DNA of 63,894 nucleotides, filler included, from Octopus bimaculoides (Eukaryota), in NCBI RefSeq assembly GCF_001194135.2. It is 6 parts of 6 records of this genome, joined end to end, with 100 filler letters (N's around TTAATTAATTAA, not from the genome) between each part and the next. Parts side by side here need not be neighbours in the genome. Positions count along the whole stretch, not along the records: positions 37,013 to 56,837 come from NC_068989.1; 5 more parts are not named here. The stretch is one strand, 5' to 3'. The notes under the pieces were generated by a model. The model saw only the letters and a program-made list of their open reading frames with translations, was not told the origin of the DNA and did not search any database. The position numbers and the translations under genes were made by a program. Below, one piece after another: positions 40,980 through 54,274 of this stretch. Positions within the stretch are counted from its first letter, which is position 1. Each line of letters opens with the position of its first letter.

Positions 40980-41680
40980 ATGTTTATGATTGTGATGGTG
41001 ATGGTGTGGTAATGGTGATGATGACTATAGTGAAGGCAATGGGGGAAAGAGAAAGGATATGGTTACTGGAGATTCGGAGGACTGCTGGTTTTGGTGGTGG
41101 TGGTGGTGGTGGTGGTGGTGGCTGGTATAGTTGAAGGTAAGTAGCTATAGTGATGATGGTTAAGATTACGTAGGTAATGGTGATGATGATAATGATGATG
41201 ATGATGATGATGATGACGATGATGATGATGATGATGATAATGATGATGATGATGGCAGTTGTGATGACGATGGCAGTTGTGATGATGATGGCAGTTGTGA
41301 TGATGATGGCAGTTGTGATGATGGTGATGATGATGACGATGATGACGACGATGATGATCGAAATGATGTTGATGAAGATGATGATTATAGTGATGATGCT
41401 AGTGATAGTGATGATGGTGATGATGACGATGATAATAAGGATGATGATATCCGTAGTGATGATAATGATGATGATGATGATGATGATGATGATCACAATG
41501 ATGATAATGACGATGATCATGTTGGGGATGATGGTGATAATTATAGTAATGGGGAAAAATAATAACGATCATGGTGATGATGATGACGATGACGATGAGG
41601 ATGACTATCATGATGGTGATGAGGATGACGAAGATGATGATGGTGAGGATGAAGATGATGAGGATGATGATGATGATTAG
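40980..41680. repeat. Degenerate (GAT)n/(GGT)n low-complexity tract
   Basis: GAT-based repeats with an 18-bp higher-order unit gatgatggcagttgtgat at 41229-41320. Confidence 0.85.
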
Positions 41681-42208
41681 AGGTAGGGAGAATGAAAAGA
41701 ATAACAAAAAACCACACACACACACACACACACACACGCACAACATGAAGTAGAGAAGGGTGCATTGTGGGTAAGCTAGGCGTGGAGTTTGATTCCATGG
41801 TGAGTGAAAGCTGACGTGGTGAAGGGAATGGTAAGGAACTCCATATGCTGTAAGCAACTAAAATATGCGCCATTTTACTTTGTGTGTTATTTTAAAAAAT
41901 TCTTTCTTTCTTTCTTTCTTTTTTTTTACCTGCTGAAAGGCAAAACCGCATCAATAACAAACACAGGCATGAGTGGCAGCGGGAGGAGGAATGTGGGTGA
42001 GTACGTGTGTGGCGAGTTTGTGTACGTGTGTGGGTGTATGTGTGTATGTGTATGGCAGGTGTGTATGTGTATAAGTGGAGCGTNNNNNNNNNNTACACAT
42101 ATGTATATATACATATTTATATATATATATATATATCTATATATATATATGTACATATATATGCGTGTGTGTGTGCGTCATTGCGTGTGTATATGTCTGA
42201 GTTTGTGG

Positions 42209-42252
<44 letters not shown>

Positions 42253-43763
42253 GTACATATATATGTATATATATATATATATAAAATATATTGTATATAT
42301 TGTATATGTGTGCGTGAGTGAGCGTGTACGCGCGCGCGCGTGTGTGAGTATGCACGTGTGCGTATGCTTTTGTCAGACAATGTTATGAGAAGGAGTTTGG
42401 CTAGCATTTCTAGCAGGTTCTATAGTCCACATGTAGAAGTATTCATTAGATTGTCTGGCGTCTTCAATAGGCGGAAGATGTGAATGAAGAGGTGTATGTG
42501 TGTGTGAGGAAATTGATCAAGTAGGGAGTGTGAGTGTGGGTGTTTTCTGGTAGTGGTAGTTGTGATGGGGCAAGGTACTGTCATCGGCATGGTGGAAACC
42601 TTAAAATTTCTTAATGCTACCTAATGGAGGGAGTGGAATGAGAGAAGGGAGAGAAGAGTGAGAGAGAGAGAGAGGAGGTAAAGAGTGGCGAAGGAGAGAA
42701 GAAGTAGAGAGAGGTGGGATAGAGAGGAGATGGAGTGATGAGAGAGTGAGGCAGAGGTACAGAGGAGGTGGCGAGAGGCGAGGGAGGCGAGATGTAAAAA
42801 GGTGAGGGAGAAGAGACAGGGAGACGCGAGAGAGAGAGAGAGAGAGAGAGAGGAGGCAAAGAGAGGTGAGAGAGAGAGAGACGAGAGAGAGGTGAGAGAG
42901 AAAGAGAGAGGATGTAGAGAGAAAACGGATGGGTTGAGAATACTGTGTGTGTGGGCGAGTGTATCAACGACACAAGACGGTAAGTAAATTGTCAAATGTA
43001 TCTCTGTGTGTGTGTGTGAAGAATGAAAGTGTGGTGAATGCAGTGGAAATAGTGTTGGTGTATTGGGGGCATGGTGTGGGGGAGATGTTGGTAGTGAAGG
43101 CGGAATGAGTGTGAGGGGGCGCAATGAATTGATGTGGGCGACTGGGAGAGGGGCCGACAAAGGAAAAGATGCATAGCGATGGAGAAGTTGGAGGGTAAGA
43201 ATTGAGTTTCAGTTTTCAGAGAGAAAATGCGCTGCTGTTCTCTCTGAAGGGGAATGGCTGTCGGTCCGGGGAGAGCATCCCCCCCCCAAAGACCAAAGGG
43301 TATTGGTTGGAATGAGCAGCGGAGAGGATATGTCGAGAGACAGGTGACCCGTTGCCAAGTCAGTTATCTCTGAAGTGCATTGCGAGCCTGTCTGACAGCT
43401 GGCAGCTGGAACGCCTGATGAATAAGATTACAGAGGGTAGATAGTAGCACATAGATCGAATTACTCAGGTGCTATATGTATGTATGTATGTATGTATGTA
43501 TATACATACATATGTATGTATGTATATGCATATATGTCTGTGTGTGTGTATATAGATTGAGCGATACTTGTATGCATTCGTACATATACGGAGACTGGAG
43601 CGAAAGAAATTCAACACCATATGTCAGTACATAGCAAAGAGTTGAACCGAAATGTAATGCAAAAGAGCAGCATTCTGGCTAATAACTTTATATATATATA
43701 CGCATATAAATATATATATATATACATATAAATATATATATAAATGTATATATACATATACAT

Positions 43764-43796
<33 letters not shown>

Positions 43797-43999
43797 GTTC
43801 AGTTATTGGGATTTCAATGAAAAGATTTTTGGGTATTCCATTTCAGTTAATGCAAAAAGAACATAAGGAGTAATTATGATGGAAAACTCGTGGTATTTAT
43901 ATGCACATCAAGAAATAATACTTGCGGGTAAAACCAGTACCATAGCAGGGTATATAATATACTCCCTAAATTAGCCCTTACTTGAGTTCAAATTATAAT

Positions 44000-45450
44000 T
44001 AGAAAAGAACTACACGTGTTTCTGTATTGGAAGATCAGAATATATGTAATCATCAGATTTATAATTCTACCAACACATCTTCAGGTTCATTTTTCAATAT
44101 ATTGTTCACCTATTTTAAATCATCATAAATATTAAGCGTTAAATTAAAACTTAAATATAATTTTTAAAAAATTAAGAATTAAAAATTATAAATTATATAT
44201 TGTAAATAGAAGTTTGCATACATAAATCTAACTTAGAATGTCAAATAGAGAATGTCAAATATAAAATTATAAATCTGAATGAAGCGGTCTGTGATTAAAT
44301 GTAAAAGAATTTATAGAACCGATAAAGTCAAGAGACGGAACAAGATGTCATTCAAAATGGCGATTAAAGGAAGTGAATATAGCAGAGCACTATGGGAATT
44401 TATAGGTGATTAGTTCTAAGGGGGGGTAATTCCATTATGCATAATTTAAATTAAATTGCCTCCTTTTATTATTATATTCTATCCAACTACGTTGAGAGAT
44501 ATATATATAATTTGTTATAATGTAATATTTCATAATATTTAATCAATTTATTTATTTAAATACTTATATAATCTATTCATCTACTGTAGAAATCAAAAGT
44601 GTGTGGTGATGAGATTCAGGGGAGGGGTTCGGTTTAGTATTTTATTGTTTGAAAGTAAAATTAATTTGGTGTCTACATTTGCCTCCTCTTTCTGCGTATG
44701 TGTTTGATAATTCGTCTCTTGACTTTATCGGTTCTATAAATTCTGTTATACATAATAAGCACATTTTATTCCCAATATTATAAGAGTGGGCTCTACTTAT
44801 TATACTCCAACTAAGGTTGTACTCACTTTTTCTAGAATTCAATTCCTATATATATTTACTTAAACCTGTGGACTTACTTAAATTTGGATTTTTGAAAGTC
44901 TGGTAGTGTTGGGAGATTCTTTTTTAATTTCGTAAGCTGTAGATCCTATATATACCTTATTTATATTTTTATTATTACTGTCCTTAGAAATTACAATACA
45001 TTTATAAATTACATTGTTAATATTACAATTATTAGAGAGCTTACATTTAGTCTTATCACGACACGAACATTTATCTATATGTGGATTATGTCTTCCATCA
45101 CTGGTGGTTATATTATAGTTAGAGCTATTATTTATTGTGCTGTTATAATAATTATTTAACTTCTTATTTATTGAGGAGATATTACCTACATTCCTCGATA
45201 TTAAATAACCCACTCTTATAGTTTTAGTGGAAAATATATCAGAAAAAATGTTGTCCTTTTCAAAAGACACTTTTCCAATTTTTAGTATCTTCTTAATAGT
45301 ATTAGTCATCACTTGAGTCCCATATAGAATAATCAACCATCTAATATCCTTTTTATTTTTTGCATTATGATTATTAGAGACTATCGGTATCAAAGTGTTA
45401 TTCGGAGGTGTATTATATCTCCGCTTATATAATTTATTATGTTTCTTATT
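44000..45450 (-). mobile_element. 5'-truncated, frameshifted Penelope-like retroelement (RT-EN linker plus GIY-YIG endonuclease plus 3' region)
   Basis: IRWLIILYGTQVMTNTIKK..IFSTKTIRVGY..RNVGNI (linker); CSCRDKTKCKLSNNC..NVIYKC..KVYIGST (GIY-YIG start); LSWSIISRAHSY..KMCLLCITE..GKCRHQINF (typical PLE C-terminus). Frame shifts near 44890. Confidence 0.9.
44002..44095 (-). ncRNA. Type I hammerhead ribozyme motif downstream of the Penelope ORF
   Basis: Minus strand reads gaaaaatgaac CTGAAGA tgtgttgg...ccaataca GAAA cacgtg TA gttcttttc: bulged stem I, 8-bp stem II, palindromic stem III ACACGTGT, GUA site. Confidence 0.85.
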
Positions 45451-45958
45451 ATTGATCTTATTCCCATCATCTGTATTACTATTATTATTATTATTGTAAT
45501 CATTAATAGTAAATATGTTGTTTTTATCTTTATTATGTTTCTTATATTATCTTTTATTATTATTCATATTTTTGCTGTTAGAATGAGTTATTACCTGTTA
45601 TATTGCCTGTTATATTACCTGTTGTATTATTAAGGTGTTCGTAATGATTAATTGATTTTATTTTAGAGTTATACCCGGCTTCTGTTTATGTCTTATTGTA
45701 ATAAGGTGCATGTCTATTAAAAGCATCATGATCAGAAGATAGCATAGATATTATTTTGCCTATATTATCTATTAAAGGATGGGGCTAGTCGATTACATCG
45801 ACCCCATTACTCAGTTGGTTCTCATTTTATCGACCCCCGAAAGGATGAAAGGCAAAAAGTCAACCTGGGCGGAATTTGAACTCCGAATGTCAAGGCCGAC
45901 GAAATGCCGCTAAGCATTTTGTCCGGCATGCTAACGTTTCTGCCAGCTCGCCACCTTC

Positions 45959-46040
<82 letters not shown>

Positions 46041-46689
46041 NNNNNNNNNNNNNNNNNNNNNNNNNNNNNNNNNNNNNNNNNNNNNNNNNNNNNNNNNNNN
46101 NNNNNNNNNNNNNNNNNNNNNNNNNNNNNNNNNNNNNNNNNNNNNNNNNNNNNNNNNNNNNNNNNNNNNNNNNNNNNNNNNNNNNNNNNNNNNNNNNNNN
46201 NNNNNNNNNNNNNNNNNNNNNNNNNNNNNNNNNNNNNNNNNNNNNNNNNNNNNNNNNNNNNNNNNNNNNNNNNNNNNNNNNNNNNNNNNNNNNNNNNNNN
46301 NNNNNNNNNNNNNNNNNNNNNNNNNNNNNNNNNNNNNNNNNNNNNNNNNNNNNNNNNNNNNNNNNNNNNNNNNNNNNNNNNNNNNNNNNNNNNNNNNNNN
46401 NNNNNNNNNNNNNNNNNNNNNNNNNNNNNNNNNNNNNNNNNNNNNNNNNNNNNNNNNNNNNNNNNNNNNNNNNNNNNNNNNNNNNNNNNNNNNNNNNNNN
46501 NNNNNNNNNNNNNNNNNNNNNNNNNNNNNNNNNNNNNNNNNNNNNNNNNNNNNNNNNNNNNNNNNNNNNNNNNNNNNNNNNNNNNNNNNNNNNNNNNNNN
46601 NNNNNNNNNNNNNNNNNNNNNNNNNNNNNNNNNNNNNNNNNNNNNNNNNNNNNNNNNTATATATATATATATATATAAAGAGAAAAGAG

Positions 46690-46725
<36 letters not shown>

Positions 46726-47136
46726 GTGTGTGTGTATGTCGTGTGTGTGTATGTGCGTGTCTTGGGCCTCTGTGTTTTTTTCTATATGTAGATGTGTGTA
46801 TATGTATATGTTTAGTGTGTATGCGTGTATATATGTGCGCGCATATATATGCGCATTGGTCTGTTTGCGTATGGCTTGAAGTGATTGTAGAATGTATGTC
46901 TGCATGCACGTGAACGTGCTAGTGTGAGTAGTACGTGTGTTTGTGTAAGTATGTGCTTGTGAGTGTAAATATATACATATATACACGCACATATATATAT
47001 ATATACGCACACATACATACACACACACAAATATATAAATATATATTTATATCTAAATATATAGAGATAGACATATATATGTATGTATGTATGTATGTAT
47101 GCATGCATGCATGTATGTGTATGTATGTGTGAGCTT

Positions 47137-47171
<35 letters not shown>

Positions 47172-47302
47172 GGAAAGAGAAAGAAAGAGAGACGGAGAGA
47201 GAGAATGACAGAAAATGGTGGTATATCTGTGCATCTGATTACGTGTATTTTTGTATGTGTGAGTATGTGTGTTTGTGTATATGAATATATGTCAGTGTGT
47301 CG

Positions 47303-47338
<36 letters not shown>

Positions 47339-47536
47339 ACGTATGTATATAAATACATATATGCACACATACACACACGCACACACACAAGCACATACAC
47401 ACACAAACACATACACACACACGCGCACACACATATGCGCATGTTTGTGTACGTGTATGAGTGATATTCAAGCTTTATGCTGTTTCACTACGTAAACACA
47501 TCTGAATATAAACGTGTAGGTGTTTGAGGTATGTGC

Positions 47537-47595
<59 letters not shown>

Positions 47596-47621
47596 CATTA
47601 TTATTATTATTATTATTATTA

Positions 47622-48308
47622 TGTTACTTTTTTTCTTCTTTCTTCGAATTTTCTTCCATTTCTCGCCGAGTATTTTCCGTACACCTAGGGCAGAGAAGCT
47701 CATTGTATGCATTCCCAGTTTACACACGCAAATTCACAGGTAAAATAGGTATTAAAAAATAATAATAATAAATACATAAATTCATGAATGGATGCTGTTT
47801 TCACAGCGATAATGCTCTTCTCAGTACATGAGTCGTTCCAGTTAACACGATTTTTTGCTCTTCCTGTAGGGATAGTAAGCCTGGTATCATTTTCAAATAG
47901 GTTTCAGTACCTTTTTTTTATATCATTCCTAGAGATCCTACAATCACTGGTACGGTAGTCGCCTTGAGGTGCCACATTTTTTCAATTTCTATTAGCAAGT
48001 CTTTATATTTACTGATCTTGTCAAATCGTTTCGCTGCTATATTGTGATCGCAAGGAATACTCATTGTCAATTAATAAACACATCTTTTTTGTCTGATCTT
48101 TTATAATAATATCCGATTTATTAGCTTTTATAGTTTTGTCGGTATGTACGGGGAAATTCCAGAGAATCGACACATTTTCTCCCTCATTCACAGCTTCAGG
48201 ATGGTGTTTATACCATTTGTCAGCGGTTTTGATTTTATAATGCCGACATATTGTCCAGTGTAAATACTGGCCGACTCTGTCATGTCTTGCTTTATATTCT
48301 ACAGGTGC
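47622..48308 (-). mobile_element. 3' fragment of an R4/Dong-clade non-LTR retrotransposon (restriction-like endonuclease domain plus 3' UTR)
   Basis: YKARHDRVGQYLHWTICRHYKIKTADKWYKHHPEAVNEGENVSILWNFPVHTDKTIKANKSDIIIKD, then after a frameshift SIPCDHNIAAKRFDKISKYKDLLIEIEKMWHLKATTVPVIVGSLG. Flanked on both sides by (TAA)n. Confidence 0.85.
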
Positions 48309-48377
<69 letters not shown>

Positions 48378-49744
48378 NNNNNNNNNNNNNNNNNNNNNNN
48401 NNNNNNNNNNNNNNNNNNNNNNNNNNNNNNNNNNNNNNNNNNNNNNNNNNNNNNNNNNNNNNNNNNNNNNNNNNNNNNNNNNNNNNNNNNNNNNNNNNNN
48501 NNNNNNNNNNNNNNNNNNNNNNNNNNNNNNNNNNNNNNNNNNNNNNNNNNNNNNNNNNNNNNNNNNNNNNNNNNNNNNNNNNNNNNNNNNNNNNNNNNNN
48601 NNNNNNNNNNNNNNNNNNNNNNNNNNNNNNNNNNNNNNNNNNNNNNNNNNNNNNNNNNNNNNNNNNNNNNNNNNNNNNNNNNNNNNNNNNNNNNNNNNNN
48701 NNNNNNNNNNNNNNNNNNNNNNNNNNNNNNNNNNNNNNNNNNNNNNNNNNNNNNNNNNNNNNTATATATATATATATATATATATATATCCTTATTAGCC
48801 ACGCAGGGCAATACAATGTAGAACTTTTCTTTTCGGAAAAAAAAATACGATCAAAAGGGATCGAAAGCGTTTGGGACGTGTAAAGAGCGAAATAGCAATG
48901 TTCCGTTTATTATAGAGTTCCCAAAAAGGGGGAGTAAAAATGTAATACAGATTAGGTTTATCCGTGGAAAGAAAGGCCTACGGAAAAGACCACGGTGACC
49001 TCAGGCAGGGGAAGAAACGCATAAGAGGAAAGCCCCTTCTTTTTCTCTTTTTTCGATTTACAGCGTCATGCTCAAAGTGGTTTCGTCATTCGTACCTACC
49101 ATCGTTGCTACATTCACTCACCTTTTATTGAAAGTTTCATGAGACAAAGCTTCCCGCTCTATTCTCACCTTCCTTTTCAAGTGGTACTTGAAAATGTTTA
49201 TGAGCGGTTGGCCAGAGAGGAAAGTGTTTATCTTTTAACCTTTCGCATGAGTCCACCACACACACATTATTTCACCATGGCCACCAGGACAATGAAAACT
49301 GCCTTGCCTCAGAAAATGAGATGCCAAAGCAATAGACGATTATCTTATGAATGGCATATATGTATATCATCATCGTCATCATCATCATCATCCTCATCAT
49401 CGTCATCATCTTCATCGTCCCTCCCCTTCCCGTCTTCGTCCGTATCATCGTCGTTGTTGTTGTCCTCTTCCCCATCTTTATTATCATCGTCATCATCATC
49501 TTCAACAACAACAACCACGCCCTATCTACTCTAAACTAGACGTCAATGCTACTAACCGCACTTTATTAGCATTCATCCCAAACCCAGTGGCATGTTTTTC
49601 TTTGGTCAGGGTTTATCTTTATTACCTCGACTGATGTTTACTTCGATGGTGATGATGATGATGATGATGATGAAATCGACGTCGACGATTGTGATAATGA
49701 TGATGATGATGGGATGATAGCAATAATATTGAAGATGATAATGA

Positions 49745-50201
49745 GAGCGAGCGAGAGAGAGAAAGAGGAGAGAGAGAGAAAGAGGAGAGAGAGAGAGAAA
49801 GAGGAGAGAGAGAAGGTGAGAGAGAAAGAAAGAAATTAGAGATAGAGATAGGGAGAGAGAGAGGGAGAGAGAAAAAGAGAAAGTGAGAGAGAGTTAGAGA
49901 GAGAAAAGGTGAGACAGAAAAGGTGAGACAGAAAGAGTTTGGATATAGAAATAGAGAGGGAGAGAGAGAGAGAAAGAGAAAGCGAAAGTGAGAGAGAGAG
50001 AAAAGGTGAGAAAGAAAGTGGGAGAGAAAGAGAGAGAAAGAGAAAGAAAGAATGAGATTGGAGATAGAGAGGGAGAGGGAGAGAGAAAAAGAGAAAGTGA
50101 GAGAGTAAGAGAGAAAAAGTGAGAGAGAGAGAGAGACGGAAAGAAAAGGTGAGAGAAAGAGAGAGAGAGAGAAAGGTGAGAAGAGAGAAAGAGAGAAAGA
50201 G

Positions 50202-50236
<35 letters not shown>

Positions 50237-50250
50237 GAGAAAGAGAGAGA
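49745..50250. repeat. GA-rich low-complexity tract (similar tracts at 18932-19170, 35380-36180, 42640-42920, 53760-54430)
   Basis: (GA)n, (GAAA)n, (GATA)n and (CTAT)n runs. Confidence 0.9.
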
Positions 50251-51639
50251 AGCCGAAACAAAATGTAATTTCCTTTCTGTTTTCTGTGTTTTTTCTCCTC
50301 TTCTTTTGTATTTGTTTTTGTCTTCCTTCTGTAACAAGGAGTCCAACTTCACAGATCACTGCTTCACACATCGCACACTTTGTCATATATGTATATATGT
50401 ACGGATGGATGGATGGATATAAGAATGTATCTATGTATATTTATAAGTACTCATTTCTTTACATACGATGTTCGCTCATGCTCGACATTGACTACATGGC
50501 CACCATATATATATATATATATATATATATANNNNNNNNNNNNNNNNNNNNNNNNNNNNNNNNNNNNNNNNNNNNNNNNNNNNNNNNNNNNNNNNNNNNN
50601 NNNNNNNNNNNNNNNNNNNNNNNNNNNNNNNNNNNNNNNNNNNNNNNNNNNNNNNNNNNNNNNNNNNNNNNNNNNNNNNNNNNNNNNNNNNNNNNNNNNN
50701 NNNNNNNNNNNNNNNNNNNNNNNNNNNNNNNNNNNNNNNNNNNNNNNNNNNNNNNNNNNNNNNNNNNNNNNNNNNNNNNNNNNNNNNNNNNNNNNNNNNN
50801 NNNATATATATATATATATATATATATATATCTGAGTGTGTATGTGTGTATGTATGTATGTATGTATGTATGTATGTATGTATGCGTTCATTATAGCTTT
50901 GTATTTCAGTTGAATTCTTCCTGTAAAAAATAGCTGGCTTCTCTACCAAGAAACAAGATGTCATTGCTGTAATTTAGAATCTAACATCCTATTGTTTTCT
51001 AAACCTTGAATAATTTCACTGTTCCGCTTGTAGATTCTATTTCCAAAGTGTGTTACAACTTGCCAATTTCTTTAGAAAATAAATAAGGAAATAAATAAAT
51101 AAAAAATAAATGAAAATAAAATCACCACCGTTTGGAGATTAGCACTTAGCGATGTCATGACCTGGCCAAATGCATCGATAACTATGAGAGTAAAATTAAA
51201 TATGATGGATTGACAAGCTGATGGTTTAGGAATAGTTGTCCCTGTATGATCTCTCTCTCAATGATGTTGAAACAAATGACGAAATCTGCAGGGTAAATAA
51301 TATTTACAAATATTCATAATATTTTCGTGACTACTAGCGGCCAAAATGTGGTTTCTCTGAAAGATACCTTGAGCAACGTTACTTGTTAGGGTGCGTAGCT
51401 CGCCGATCAGGGCGTCTCTCTTGTCGAACCGCTAGTACTTTGCGTTGAGAGGTGACAACTTGGGTACTGAGGACATTTGATTAGAATGTCACAGGAAAGA
51501 ATTGAAAGAACGATTCTTTGGCGACAACCAGAAGCTGACTTAGGTGTAAACCAAGAACGAGATGGTGGAGTAATATCCATCGTCTCAGTTGGTCAAGCTT
51601 GGGAATCCAGCCAGAAAGTGTAATGTCGAGAGATGTTTT

Positions 51640-52088
51640 GCTTCATAGTGACGACAAATATTGTACTTTCATAACAGCAACACTTTCGTTGCATATCAAG
51701 CAACTAGCTTTCTGGTCGTTTGTTTCCCCAAAGGAGTACTTTTCTCCCCGTTCTTTATTGAAAATGCGACATTCATCATCAACCTTTCTCTTCTTAGTAG
51801 CCATAACGATGGGTGAAGAAAAAAACAAAAGCAGTCCTAGGCCTCGGCGTCAGATAGTCTCGTTTTAATTGTGATCACTAATAAGTGACTAGTCCGAGGC
51901 ACACGTGATGTACTATAGTAATTATTATGGCGCGTGAGATACGTAGCGTGTGACGTAACTGACTCAGTATACATAGGACGTATAATCTAAGAAGTGTATG
52001 AAGCAGTATAAAAGCATGTTTATTTTTTTCAGCATACGACGGCGGGCCGGACAAATTGACGTCGCGGGCCGTAGTTTGGTGACCCATG
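51640..52088 (-). mobile_element. hAT (Charlie/SPIN/GTF2IRD2-like) transposon 5' remnant
   Basis: Terminus catgggtcaccaaactacggcccgcg. MATKKRKVDDECRIFNKERGEKYSFGETNDQKASCLICNESVAVMK matches the BED-finger N-terminus of Charlie/SPIN transposases. Confidence 0.85.
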
Positions 52089-52153
52089 ACTTGGACGAAT
52101 CATGGTTTAAATGTTCCGGCGTTGGGTGATGCTTGGAGGCAAAGAACTCCATC

Positions 52154-52386
52154 TTGTCTCTTTATTGCCCACAAGGGGCTAAACATAGAGGAGACAAACA
52201 AGGGCAGACAACGGAATTAAGTCGATTACATCGACCCCAGTGCGTAACTGGTACTTAATTTATCGACCCCGAAAGGATGAAAGGCAAAGTCGACCTCGGC
52301 GGAATTTGAACTCAGAACGTAACAGCAGACGAAATACCGCTAAGCATTTCGCCCGACGTGCTAATGTTTCTGCTAGCTCGCCGCCT
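52154..52386 (-). mobile_element. Young SINE family A variant with ~21-bp TSD
   Basis: Near-consensus body. Flanks ttggaggcaaagaactccatc (52133-52153) and ttggaggcaaagttctccatc (52387-52407). Confidence 0.8.
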
Positions 52387-52778
52387 TTGGAGGCAAAGTT
52401 CTCCATCTGGATTAGTCAACAGCCCCACCTCAATGCATTTTTCCATTGAAGTTTTGCCATCAAAAGGTCCCTGTCGATCGTTTGCGCCAGTTCTTCTCAA
52501 CACATCCCATGCATCGTTGCCGCCATGACAATAGTTCTCACATGGGGTCCACAAGACCTTTGGGGGTCCGTATAAGATTTCGTTGCCAAAATTTATGTGC
52601 AACAGTGTAGTTACACTTCTACAATACACAAAATATTTTAACAACTGTTTTTTTAATGCAATTCCCAAAAAATATTTAATTATAGAAGTATAATAGGATT
52701 TTTTAAACATCAAATGGCTATAGGGGTCCAGTAGGGTTAAATAGAAATCAAAAGGGTTCACAAGCAAAAGATGGTAGG

Positions 52779-53130
52779 GAACTACTTCTCTAAGGAAAAG
52801 GGCCTCAAGGCAAGGCTGAATTACTTCTTTACGGAAAAGGGCCTCAAGGCAAGGCTGAATTACTTCTCTAAGGAAAAGGGCCTCAAGGCAAGGCTGAATT
52901 ACTTCTCTCAGGAAAAGGGCCTCAAGACAAGGCTGAACTACTGCTCTAAGGAAAAGGGCCTTAAGACAAGGCTGAATAACTTCTCTAAAGAAAAGGGCCT
53001 TAAGACAAGGCTGAACTACTGATCTAAGGATAAGGGCCTCAAAGCAAGGCTGAACTACTGCTCGAAGGAAAAGGGCCTCAAAGCAAGGCTGAACTACTGC
53101 TCGAAGGAAAGGGCCTCAAGACAAGGCTGA
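52779..53130. repeat. 39-bp minisatellite, about 9 copies
   Basis: Unit actacttctctaaggaaaagggcctcaaggcaaggctga. Confidence 0.95.
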
Positions 53131-53758
53131 TTTTTTAATAGTACAACAAACAAGGGATAGTCCTTAGTTAAGAAAAAATGTCACGTGAGTGCACGTGATT
53201 TAGGGGTTAGGATATTCGGTTGATGATCGTAAGGCCGTTAGTTTGATTCTTGGCGGGTGGGTTGTACCCTTGATCAAGACACTTTATTTCACATTACTCC
53301 TGTCCACTAAGTTGGCAAAAATGAGTTAGTTGTACATTCAATTCAAAGGGCCAGCCATGACATATTCTGTGTCACGCTGTGTCTGTGGAGTACTCAGCCA
53401 CTTGCACGCTAATTTCATTGGTCGTCGTAACCGACGGAGTGCCAGTGAAAAATAGATGACACGTTATACTTCACCTATCATTAGTAAAGACAATCCAACC
53501 GTGACATCGTATATTTCTTTCTCTACCCACAGAAATATATGTGTATTCCTTACTTTCAGACGGTAGGCTGATATTTGAAGGAGATTTAGTTTCTATTACT
53601 GGAAGAATGAACAGCTACAGGTCTTTCTCATTAGCTCTTTTGTCTATTCTTCAATGTTTGTGTATGGATGTGTGTGTGTGTGTGTGAGCGCGTCAGTAAA
53701 TGTGTATGTTGGCTTAGACAAGCAGATACTGAAAGAGCTTGCGTGTACATAATATACA

Positions 53759-53801
<43 letters not shown>

Positions 53802-53803
53802 GC

Positions 53804-53893
<90 letters not shown>

Positions 53894-54001
53894 CTGTATA
53901 TGTATTTATATATTTATCTCTCTCTCCCTCTCTATTCTTCTATTTCTCTCTCTCTCGCTCTATCTATCTAACTGCCTGTCTGTCTGTTCGTCTTACCTAT
54001 G

Positions 54002-54074
<73 letters not shown>

Positions 54075-54241
54075 GTTTGTCTGTCTGTCAGTCTCACTGT
54101 CTATCTAAGAGCGAATACGCTGTACAAATATATACTTAAGAATTCGCACGTACACATACACCTATACATGCACTCATTTGTTTGTATATGTGTATGTATA
54201 CGTGTGTGCATTGTGCAACAGGTGAGAGTGAGCGAGCGAGC

Positions 54242-54274
<33 letters not shown>

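Noticed and set aside
41040-41143. GYGYWRFGGLLVLVVV..G with GAAG|gtaagt donor
   Set aside because: In-frame stops immediately upstream and no usable acceptor; the hydrophobic run is (GGT)n.
41177-41680. Met-rich then Asp/Glu-rich ORF resembling an acidic matrix protein
   Set aside because: Degenerate (GAT)n tract. The frame switches from M/I to D/E by slippage and the other frames contain stops.
48960-49040. Possible HHR remnant (..GAAAcgcat aagagg)
   Set aside because: No CUGANGA core in position and stems cannot be assigned.
52779-53130. CRISPR-like regular repeats
   Set aside because: Head-to-tail units without unique spacers, in eukaryotic DNA with no cas genes.
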